A stretch of DNA of 64,000 bases from Phoronis australis (lineage: Eukaryota > Animalia > Phoronida), in contig NMRA01000095.1 of NCBI GenBank assembly GCA_002633005.1, positions 115,901-179,900 on the forward strand. The letters are read 5' to 3'. A program made the translations under genes and the position numbers. The notes under the pieces were generated by a model. That model searched no databases and was not told the DNA's origin. It worked only from the letters and a program-made list of their open reading frames with translations. Positions within the stretch are counted from its first letter, which is position 1; every line of letters starts with the position of its first letter. Shown here in pieces: positions 42,701 through 53,949 of the stretch.

Positions 42701-45153
42701 TCGGAGCCCTGTGATTGTCCATGTTTCCCGTCCGAGGTAGCGTTGATGGTAATGCAAGGACCCAAACTGGTGTGTGATTCCTTGATACTCTGTAAATAAT
42801 TATAGAGCTTGGCTTATTTGGCCCGAAATTCCTTAATAGCAGACAGTCAAACTAGGTTGAGCCCAAAGGGTGCCACAGACGGAGATTTACTAAGCTCAGC
42901 TATCTCACTCAAAAGGATATCATACCCGCTTTTGACCTATAAAAATACTAAAAACGACTTTCCCATCTCGTTCTCTGGAAGGAAATAATGCTCTGCAACC
43001 CTCGAAAACCCTCAAAAGTTTTAAGGAAAGTTTGAAAATTCCTTTCAAACTCTGCAAACGGCCAAGCGTGGCACATTTTATCGAATTACACTGCAACTGT
43101 GAAAAGGACCACCGAACAGGACCATAATGTCGAATTTGTGAGATTGGGGGTAAGCATTTTTAGTCAAACCATGGTTTTATCATTCAAGGTTGACGCCAAT
43201 GATACATTAGCAGGTGACAGAACGAGGATTGGTGGAAAACATCAAAACAGGGTTTAGTGTCCCTTTAAGTGAAAGATACATGTAGCTGAGTTGACAGCTC
43301 CCGTAAAGGTGGCAACAGCTGGGTGAACTAGTGGCTGGATCATTCAATTGTATTTCCACGCTAAAGTGAATTTTGTAATTAACTCAACTATCGTTTACTT
43401 GAGGCCCTCTGTCTGCAGTGGCCTTTAACCCCGATACACTGGTGCTTTTTCTCTTCCCTGCTGTAGGAACGCATGCGCATTATCATTGACGCCGTAGCAT
43501 TGATATAAGTGGAGGTCTGTAGTCCCCCAGCCGCTAATGTTGTGCGCCACCCTTGCCCATGCAATGGGCGGCACAGCACTGGAATAAGTAGGGGACCATA
43601 GGCCCCATGGTGCGCCGCCCACGACAGTTACACGATGTTCTGTCTTCTCCTCTCTCTAAACACGTACTGTACTCAAACACAATCATTTTCTCACGAACTT
43701 TATTTCTGTAAAAGTGCACTGCAATTTTTATCTCATATGGATAGGCATTTCTTCTCTCCACACGAACCACACCTGTTTTGATTCATTGCACCTCATGCTT
43801 TCTCGGATTAGTATAACGTGGAGATAAGTGTGGTTCACGGGATGAACGTGACGATTGGAATAGACAAGCATTGCATGAGAAACAAACGAATGATGTTGAG
43901 AAAAATAATATAATACAAAATGATGACTGAACCGTACCTCTATCGGACATGATTTACCGCCAAAACTGCACTGAAGAGCCGATTTCTCGACAGCAGACAC
44001 CAACGGAGACGAAGAGGACCTGCAAACAAACTACTGGGAGTTGACGGGAAACAAAGTAAGATGCCAGTATGTTCATAAAACAATATTTTACCAATTCAAT
44101 AAAATAAAAACAAAGCACAAGACATAACAGTAAAGACTAAGTAAGCAGAAAGAGTCACGTGGGCTAATGTCAAGGTTAAATATGTGGTGAAAGGCGGTGC
44201 ACCATAGGGGGCTGGGGGACCATACCCCCCCTCCCCAGTTATTCCAGTGCTGTGCCGCCATCGATGCACGGCAGATCTTACGTAAACGGATTGACGATTT
44301 TTGATCGCGTCAATAATACCGACTTTCTGAGATTTTTGATACCGATACCTAACCTAGTTGCGTTCCCAATGATCTATGAGATAATCTCCTGTCGGCAGAT
44401 CATATACAATAGGAAAACACGTCTGCTACAATTAAACTCTTCGGATCGGCATCAGCCCGAAGCAAGGCATAAGATGTTCGAAACCTTGGCGACCTCCATA
44501 AGTTATAATTGTCGGTGAAAGGACACTAGAGAATCCTGGCATCAGGTGGCGGATCCCGGATTGAGGGGGCCGGATTAAAGATTTTTAAAAGTGGTGTCCA
44601 AGTCAACAATTCTAGATATATGATATCACTAAAATCAAAGGAAAGTGGGGTCCAGACTCCCTTGGCCCTCCAGATCACGGCCTGCGGACGACTATCCAAT
44701 GATCATGAAGGGCCTACCATAAATTGTACATGTGAAATTAGGCGACTTACAGACGATACTGTCTCTCAACAGTCAATGATATTTTATTGTTGAGAACGTA
44801 GGAAGAGCTAGCTGGCTATACCCTGGCCCGGCGGGAGTCTAACTTACCACGGCCTGGTTCGATCGGCAACTGAGAATCGATTCATTTAACTCATAGTCTG
44901 CGGCTACTTACGTCACACAAACGGTCACAGCCGGGAAATGCAGAAATTCAGCTCGATGATAACTCATATGAAGGTTCGTGGGGAAGGAAGCAAACTGCTG
45001 AATCCGCATTATGAAGTGCCCTAAAATTACAGCTGTAGCGAAAACGATGAAAAATATCCACACAATCCGTCTCAATCCTTTCGATTTGGCGGCTCTCGCG
45101 AACCCATGAGCAGTGGTGTTCAGACAGAAATTTCTACAAATGTTGCCTGACAT
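36563..45153 (-). CDS. DEG/ENaC (ASIC/FaNaC-superfamily) channel subunit, compact and divergent (~391 aa, 9 exons)
   Basis: Exons 45153-44912, 44019-43938, 42789-42661, 40720-40604, 39808-39664, 38865-38806, 38189-38078, 37399-37308 and 36759-36563 join in phase (1176 nt). Motifs TTAHG, TM1, FPAVTVC, CSFGGKSC, GPCITIN, GLHLQL, HPTDEPP..PG, LPAPYGDC, ten thumb Cys, LDVFFES, and GVSVLTMIE. Confidence 0.88.
37308..37399 (-). CDS. DEG/ENaC exon 8
   Basis: ETTVILDVFFESQKYLVLEQTATLTVNDMI; |gtaag donor. Confidence 0.85.
38078..38189 (-). CDS. DEG/ENaC exon 7
   Basis: YCSCPESCRYTVYDAKLSY motif. Confidence 0.88.
38806..38865 (-). CDS. DEG/ENaC exon 6
   Basis: DAVRTCTSAAEQSCLNGVQ, phase 1-1. Confidence 0.8.
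39664..39808 (-). CDS. DEG/ENaC exon 5 (thumb)
   Basis: YHNLPAPYGDC...YSVPGCIAEC...DCEC; tttcag| and |gtgag. Confidence 0.9.
40604..40720 (-). CDS. DEG/ENaC exon 4
   Basis: TESSIVFEVHPTDEPPRMELKRLFLDPGLQASVPVSLTQ; tttgtag| and |gtatgt. Confidence 0.8.
42661..42789 (-). CDS. DEG/ENaC exon 3
   Basis: SIKESHTSLGPCITIN...GVAGLHLQLNLNT; tttacag| and |gttagt. Confidence 0.8.
43938..44019 (-). CDS. DEG/ENaC exon 2
   Basis: SSSSPLVSAVEKSALQCSFGGKSCPIE; ttgcag| and |gtacgg. Confidence 0.8.
44912..45153 (-). CDS. DEG/ENaC exon 1
   Basis: HG motif, TM1, FPAVTVC; AC|gtaagt donor. Confidence 0.9.
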
Positions 45154-47461
45154 GACGCTGGTTAGTTGTGCACAGTCAAAGTCTCATACGCAACACTGCC
45201 TGTGCTAAAATAGTCTGCCTTGTTTACCACCGCGAGATGCCCAGACCTTTACTACATGTATATCCCGCTGCCTTAGGGTTCTACATGCATTAAAAATATA
45301 GGTCACATAAATTATGATTCTCTTTCGCCAAGTCCATCGGGTCGTTGCGCAGGCCGGGACGTTGGGGGCAAGTACCAAGTAGGCCTGCATCATGGTAAAA
45401 CTCGGCAGACGTGAGGGAGCACCAAATAAACAAGGCGGCTGGTGATCCAAAAATAAATCTATGCACATATACTTAAGTACATGCATACGAATATGTGTAG
45501 GCCTAGCTGTCTACAACAGTTAAAGCAGAATTCGGTTCACGCATAGTTACATGAGGCCTTGAAATGAATAGAAGCGAGACCTGAATTGAAAATGGCCGGT
45601 ATCTTTGGCATCAGCTAAATGGACAAATATATCACGTGCAATTTGTAGCTGAAAACGATAACGGCGCCGAATAAGTCGAGTGCAGGGTTTCGAGTTGGGG
45701 GCGTGCGCGCACCCAGCCTAAAAATGGAGGGGGCTCGAATTTTAGTAGTTTTTGCCTTTTTAGTGGACTGCTGTGTCGTTTTCTTGGACTCAGTATTGCT
45801 CACTTCGCCAAATGGGGGCTCGTTCGAGACCCCCGGTCGCAAGCACCTTCTGCCGGGGTGCGCGGCATGGAGCGCGTAGGGCCCGTACGTAGCCTACTAG
45901 CGTGGTGCTGAAAACTAGGGTGAGTAAACAAAAAGGCGATTTTTCCTTCGTGCTTTAGGCCTGTACAGATCATGCCAGGAGATTGTACGATGTTTGGTTA
46001 CGTCCCGGCGAAAATCCAATTGCTGCCTGGTGGTTTGGTAATTGGCCCAATTATGTTGAACACCCAGGAGAGTTAATGGTGGACATATTGCAACATTCAG
46101 CAAACGTTTTATGTTGTAAAAGTAACATTTCTTCAACAGTTTTCAAAATTCAAAAACCTAATAACGTCTAATATGCTGTTTACAACTTTCAAAACAAAAA
46201 TTTAAAAAGCTTATTGTCGCCCCCAGTGTGTTTATGGTGGGCTTTATTATCTAGAGAACGATAACATCAACAGCCTCAGAAGTGATTTAATTAACCACAA
46301 CAGTACGGTGTTTTTGATCGAACAGGCAGATTCTGAGGTGCGCAAACCAGTGGGGAGTTGCCCAATCTGGCGACCGGTTAGCCAAACGTAGGATTCTTTT
46401 CATGTATGACAAAAACATCGCTCGGTTATAAATTTATGACGTCGACAAGTGAATTTTACTGCGTTTCAGTTTGGACATAGAGTCGTTTAGATTATGTTTT
46501 GAACAGGCCGTACTCTACCGTCTACTTTTTGGGAAACGCATGTACACATTCAACATGGTAGACGAAAACAACTCCACAATTCCTGAGACTTGAGCATATG
46601 TATTTGCGTACACGTTCGGGTGGCAGTAAACGAGTTGATTTTTACACGATTGGATAACAAAATGCAGATTTGTAATAGAATAGCAATCGAGTAAATGACA
46701 AACCACTTGCGGGGTCGTTTGAACACAAAAACCTACACATTATTCATTAAACAATTTTTTATTTCCCAGACCTCAGCATTGCTCGTCAACCGATGCCTAG
46801 TGACGGGCAATAGCAATGCTTTCCTCTCATCTGTAATGGGAGCAAGACTTTGATTGTGACTAGGTTTGCATCCGCAACCTTATGGCTTATCCGTGGGTTA
46901 TACATATACATGTAGATTCACCGATCAACTTAGAACATGAAGGGGAGTTTGGTCAGTTGAAAAATATTGCTTACATAAAAATTTTTCGTAACCTTAAATA
47001 TCCCAGTTTGTTCCCTTTGACCACTTTTATTTTTTAATGTGGGCGAGCTTTACGCGGAAACTTAATTATATATGGTAGCAATTGAGTTAGAACCTACATG
47101 TATACATTTAATATATGTTTATATGAGTCAGCTGTCACTCGCTAACGCACACAATTGGCCCGGGTGCTGGTGCGCCACCAACAATGGAAATTAAACTAAA
47201 CATTCATGGCAAACTCAGTTTAATTTGAAAATATTTGAATTTATGTTGAATAGAATTTTGGGCTAAAATTACATCAGAAATTCATTTAGAGGACCTTAAA
47301 TTTCATCTTGTAATACTTGAATTCTCTCGTAACCTCCTCATTGCCGATTTCGCCGGGCCATTTGCCAAACCAATATGGAAAATGGTTTCGACGCGACTGC
47401 GTAATTAGTTCTTTCATCGCATGGTCTTCATCAATTCGCAATGAAAGTTATCAGGCAACTG

Positions 47462-47853
47462 TGGCCGGTTGCATGAAACAGTCCCCATCAGGGACTTAGA
47501 ACTAAGTAGTCCCTAAATGTATCACATGTTTCTTTCGTACATAACTCACATATGTAAAGTTTTTGTCATTTTGCCATTATCAAGAGCTCCTCTTTGACTA
47601 ATGACATTTTCTAATAATATTACTAATAACAGAACCCTTAATTCAATCAACACAATTTGGGATTTAGTCCTTAATTCAGGGGCTTTGCATGAAACAATCC
47701 CCACTTACTTTCAATGAATACTGAGAATATGATAAACGCCAGAAATTGGGCTAGTAAGAATTAGGCTCAGTCAGTGTTTTCACGAGCCAATACACATTAG
47801 ATTTAGGGAACTTGGTTAAGTACCTGTTTGGGACTGTTTCATGCAACAGGGCA
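47462..47853. mobile_element. PIF/Harbinger-like MITE
   Basis: TIRs TGGCCGGTTGCATGAAACAGTCCC / GGGACTGTTTCATGCAACAGGGCA, flanked by CTG/CAG. Confidence 0.65.
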
Positions 47854-48340
47854 CAGAACCCCAGCCCTGCCCGAAGCAGCATAACCGACATTTTCGATGT
47901 TCTTTTGTTGGTAAGCGTGCAGTAGAATCATGTCAGTGCAGCAGTTTAGTGAGAGTAAAAAATCCTGATTCCTAAATGCTCCTTTCGTTTTTTTTACTGA
48001 TTTAAAACGTAGGAATGTAACTGTAATTGGTCTCTGTAAGTGAGTTTGTGTATCCCACTCACTAGACAATCATAAAGTTGCGGCTAACAAAGAACAGTAT
48101 TCACTTTTGCGGGCCCCGAAACGTAGCCTATCCCGTAGAGCGCCATCTGTGTCTGCATAAAATTAAATCTCGACTTTTACCAGCAGATGGCTGAGCGACT
48201 GAGTTCTCACCAATGATGAAATGCAAAGGAACATCATTATCTGATATCTACACATATGTAGTTCACATTTAAAGCGTTAATGACAGTCATGTAAACTTTT
48301 ACAAATCGAGGTTTAGCAAAAAAAGAAAAGAAAATTAATG

Positions 48341-48412
48341 AGGTCCCACCGAGATTTGAACTCGGATCACTGGATTCAAAGTCCAGAGTGCTAACCATTA
48401 CACCATGGGACC
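48341..48412 (-). tRNA. tRNA-Gln (anticodon TTG)
   Basis: GGTCCCATGGTGTAATGGTTAGCACTCTGGACTTTGAATCCAGTGATCCGAGTTCAAATCTCGGTGGGACCT forms a complete cloverleaf with A and B boxes; T-runs (Pol III terminator) lie just downstream. Confidence 0.97.
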
Positions 48413-51400
48413 GACACGATATTTCTCGAGATTCTTTAGTCTCTCATTATAACGGCTTGCTTTAAGGTATAGAAGCAACCAATTAAAGTGCACGTTACAA
48501 TATTCAGGTTCCATTGTCCAATAATATTACTCCAAAGAAAATCGAGTTGGATACTAGATGGCGCAGTTTCCGAAGAAAACTACGATCGCTGTAACTATCG
48601 CGCAGAGGTTTGAAATGGTGAAAACAAATTGACAGTTTCAAGGCATACCGTATGTTACGGTGAGTGTTTGTTCTGTTTTATATCCAACAAAATTGACATG
48701 TACCCTGTGATAGTCCCTTTAGATGTCTTGTAAAAGACGTTCTCAAAACCTGCAACCTCGAAAAACCCGGAAACTGGTGGATAGGGTTCGTACCGTCAAG
48801 AATAACGCTGGAACCCGCTAGGTCTTCTCTAAAATCTAACCAAAATCACATGTTCTCATTTAAAATACACGGCAACGTCTCACGTAATCTTGCGAAGTCT
48901 TGCCTTTTAGCGAGGTGGCTGCGTTCCTGAACTCTACCCTGATTTATGTCATTCTGTCGGTCAACGCCAACGACACGTGATAGTCGTTACACTAGACTAG
49001 TGACACTAGTGTAGTGACAAGTCACATGTCGTTGGCGTTGAGTAGTGTCTCTTTCTGTTTTAGGGCAGTCTGCTGTAACTGGAAATAGCCTCCCTGATTT
49101 TGAAAAGCATTGTCTTGCGCTGGTAAGCAACACCTGGTTCTCTAAGCAGTTACATCGCCTATGGCTTGGATGCCACAGGCGATCGCTGACCACCATGGTC
49201 ACTGGTCTCAAATTACAGTGAATAACATAATGAGTCATGCGCACATAGACATGCTTTTTGAACTATAGTTAACATCAGCCTACCATATCCATCAAATTCA
49301 GTCACTTTTCATTAGAACTTCCCATAGTGCCCTAGTGGGTGCCATTTTGGAGAAGTTATGCAAAGTCTCGCCTGTTGATGAACAAAAAGTACAAAGGACA
49401 CAAATCTTACAAATTTCGCTAGATATTTTCCTATGCTACTTTTTGTAAATGTCCCGCACCAGGCGAAGCACTTTGCTCAGTCTCGCGTTTGTTATTGCCT
49501 TACTCACGTGACATCAATTGACAAAAGCTGCATGGTTATCGCGCGTGGTATAACAAAATGAAGTGTAGAATTTGTTTTTGATGAGATGAAAGCCACGGGA
49601 TGGGATTAATACAGAAACCTATGGGGAGAACTGTACAGCCAAGCCAGGGGCTATGTGTTATTAGCTGACAAGCGTTGCAGGGCACTCAATCCCTCTATTT
49701 TGGGGCCGAATATCAGCCCACTTCCCCTCTTTGAAGTAATGAAATATCTCTCAAAATTGCCCTCATGATAAGTGAAAATTGCCCTCAAGTGATTGAAAAT
49801 TTCCCCTTGAATTTCAAATCACTCTTGTACCTCACACGGGTGACAATTTGAAAAAGCAAAAATGCTTTGGCTACTTGAGGCAGAGCCTGTGAGTTCTTGC
49901 AACAGGGTGGGGGTACTATTGAAGGTGATCAGGTGGTAGAATTTTTGCCGTCACCCCAAAAATACTCTATCCAGATGAACAAGGACCCTGCGTTGTCACT
50001 GAACTGAATGGACAATTTTAGCGCCCCCTGTCATTGCTCCATAGACTGTCATAGACATCATTAGATAGTACCATTGTCTCAACTGGCCACAGCAGAGATG
50101 GTAGTCATCCCATAGGCCCTCCATGGTGTGACGGGTCCATTTGGTAGGAGCGTATGGCAAGCAGACTAAAGATGCATATGTCTCATTAAAACCATGAATA
50201 TTTCAATTTGTACCAATTGCCACCTAGTGACTTCATGGAGAGCTGTGTCTACAAGTATAATCAGGAAAGAAGCAATTTGTAAATAAATTGCTGTTTTAAA
50301 GAAAACACTTCAACTGCAGATGCTCTTAAAACAAGTGTGAACATATGAAAAGCCTAGTAATTCCAAATATTGTGCAATCACAATTTGATACTGAAATAAA
50401 CAAATAATAGAAATTGTGCCTTGTTTAATTAGGGTAACGGCAATGCTGTGGGGGTTTCCTAGGGATTCCCATGTTGGCCTTCATCCAGGGTGTTCAAAAT
50501 AGGGTACCCAATATTCCATGGCGTCCAGGTTTCTAACGACGTGTCACCCCCAACATTCATCAGCGATTCCCCCCACACCCATTATCCCATGTCATCCTAA
50601 TAAATGTGGACGAGAGGTTTGGGCAAATTCAGCACCAGTTCACTGTCTGCAGCTGCAGACGAAAGACATAAGGTTCCAAATATAAACTAAGTTATGTGCC
50701 TTCTTTGTTCTCTTGTCTGGCATCAGGTATTCACCTTCTGCTTTGATGAAATATTACCATGTACTTGTTCTGACGTCCCTGCAGTTATGCCAGTTGAAGC
50801 TGCTCTTAGTCAGACTTTTCAGCCAATTGGCAATTATGGTAAAAAATCTCCTCTTTGGGACAGTCTCTACAATTTGAGAAATTCAAGCCAAAATTGAATT
50901 TTCACGATTCTTAAGATTGGGACACGGGCAATATTGGCGTTCATCATATTTCTCTAATTGGACACTGCATTTTGTAACAACAAAGTATGAGATGAAGTTT
51001 TAAATAGTTGCCAACACAATTTGCGCAACTTTGTGATTCTTGAAGTTGAGATGGCCACTAGTGCCTAATTTGTAAAATTTGATACCAGCTTCGAGTTTGT
51101 GCAAAGTATAATTTTCAGTGACCCAAACAGGAGAATTTTTTCTGTAAGGGGCAGTGTTACACTTTTTTCTGCTTTCTCTCCTTTTGTAGTTCGGTTACTA
51201 AACATTGATGTTGCTGCCTCTTAATCACTCAAATATTGATTTAGTCTGAGCATGACTGGTATATACATGTATGCTTTATCCATAGACTGTGACGTGGATA
51301 GATACGGCGATGATTAATTCACTCGTTATTACGATTGTCATTGTCATAGGTAGTTATTTGATAATTACAGAGAATGGATTTCCTGTGACACAGTGACACT

Positions 51401-52760
51401 TTGTTACAGAATATGCTGTGACATTTTGTGAATTGTGTGACAGAATGTGAGCCAAGAAGTTAGTTTCATGTTGTTTTGTTGGGTTTGGAGTTAGTTTACT
51501 CAGCATCAAATGGTAGTTCCTTTTCCACAAATTGTGAAGTTATGGAATTCAGTATCACATACAAATATAGCATATCTCACTGATGTGTCAAAAGCAAAGT
51601 TGATACAAAGGGCACCAATTGAGACTTCCCTGAGACATTTTGAGATGTGACAAATTGTTACTTGCCAGTAAATATGAATCCATTGTCTGTAATTGGTGTA
51701 TTGGGTTAGGCCAAGAAGCTGTGTAATACCCTGCTCACATTGGTGTGAATAATTTAATTTAAAACTGGTTTTAACAGATGTGACTGTAGTGAAGTTATGT
51801 CTGTGCTAAGGTTGTTTAGCCATCTAGGCTCGAACATTTTTTCCCTCTGAGCATTTTATTATTTGAGAATATAGAATTTGAAAATGGGCTAAATTTCATT
51901 TGGTAGTGCCAGTTTAAACTTGGTGTGATTGAGTATCAAGCACTGCCTTTAGTGAGACACCTATTGGACTGGCATAAAACTAGAATTTTTTAATTTGCTG
52001 AAAGCACAAAAGCCTCATTCATTTGACCCAATTTCTACTTCTTGTGTGCAAGATGGCCAGAGTTGACGAAGACGAAATGCTATTTCATTGACAGACATTT
52101 TGAGGCGTGGGAGATTTTTGTGGGACTTGTATCCTTCTTCATTTGAATATCCCACCACACAATAGTATGGTTACAAAGAATACGAATGGAAAAAATTCCT
52201 CTTTACTATCATAAATATTCAGGTTAGGAGCCCTCCCAGCTATAAGCATCCACGCCGCGCCCGTACTTATGAAAATTTTCGGTTTAAACACCCACTGCTC
52301 ATGTAAGCGCCAAGTCCTTAATTCCTTTTTGCAACAAGTTGTTTTCCATGTTACTGCTATATGGGAAAATGGGTAATTATAGGAAGCATCAATGTCCACC
52401 TAATGTCCCGACAGTCCCGTCCACACCCAGCCTACCCTACATGTACATGTACTAGTGCAACTTGTCCCACTTTAAGTGGAGCATCCGCACACACGCACGC
52501 ATCTGGTAACTAGGGTAAGGAGGAAGTTGTGTCTGTGTGCATGACAATGAACACCTAATGCAAGTAGGGCCCACTAAAGAAAACCAGTCTGTATGTACAT
52601 GTAGCCACAGCTAGCAAATAATTACTTCCTCTTTGACCCAGGTTTGCGACCACACAGGAATTAGAAGTCGCGCGAGTTTCCCTTGTACAAGTTACCCCAG
52701 CTTGACAAGGTAGAGTAAGTTGTCACAAGTTGGGTATGTTGCACTATAAGTAACATCCAC

Positions 52761-52840
52761 CCAGTGGGGTAATTTGCACTAGTTTAAATAGCGTTCACAC
52801 AGTGGGGCAATTTGCACTAGTTTAAATAGTGTCCACACAG
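52761..52840. repeat. Short tandem repeat (~38 bp x2)
   Basis: CAGTGGGG(T/C)AATTTGCACTAGTTTAAATAG...CACA repeated. Confidence 0.7.
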
Positions 52841-53949
52841 CCTCCAAACCTAAGCGACAACTCATTCCAGGAGTAACTTGTACTAGGGTAAGCCTGTGTG
52901 TTCGGCACTCAAGTGTCCTTCCTATCTGCTTATCATGACTGAACAGTCGTTTCGTTTCCTTCTATTTTATCATAATGCTTAAATAAACATTTAATAAATT
53001 AAAATTGTATGTGACACTGTGAGCTTGACAAGGACGTTTTTGAAGTTCAAAATTCGAAGTTCAAACAATGATTCCTGTTTGGGGATCTACCTGAAGACTG
53101 TTTTCTAATGAAAAGCAAAGGTTTGTTTTCTGACACTTTGTAGGGTCTTGTTGAAGGGTCTTTTCACTAATTTTACGCAAATTCGAGTGGGTTAATATAT
53201 TCTTAAAATATTTGTGACACTGGTAGTGGCTGTTCAAGTCAAAACAGTCTAATGTTTAGTGAAAAGAAAATTTTGACCAAGAAAGCTGTGAAAATCTGAA
53301 AACAGCATTGTTACCAGACTGGTGTGATAATTTTTGTGTGGTGATGGCGCCGACTGAAGTGGATATTTATCTCGTTCAATCATCACCTCGGAATGGGTGT
53401 TTTGGTTTGATCTGTTGAACCAAATGCTGACCAGAGAGGTTTGGCATTAGCACTTGTTTTGTCGGGATTGGCTTTAAATGCAGAGTTGCCTTGGTGTTTT
53501 ATTGGCATAGATTTTAAATGTCTGATGATGCCCGCTGCTACCCATTACATAGGTCGGGCGAGAACCCCTGGTTGGTTTTTGACATCTATGGCTCTTGCCT
53601 TTGATTGACAGGTCTGGTTTCTCTGTTGTTCATCTTTATTTTCCTGTCTGTCTTCCTTGTCACCAAGCCCTTACCATCACCATCATTGAGCATCATCACA
53701 TTTATCTTCCATCAGTCACCTCAAGAGCATATCCTATCTATTGAACATCAGCCTGACCTGACCATCACACAGAAACATCTAGTAATATTTGAACTTATCA
53801 TTTGTAGCAAAGAAGTAAACATCCTGATTCTTTATCTGTTGCCAAACTTTTAAGATCAGTGTCCTGAAAGTGTTGCAGTGCCATCTCTAGGTATTCTAAT
53901 GTGACATTTCAATTTTGTCTTGACCTAATTAGTGTTGCATTGGACTTAA

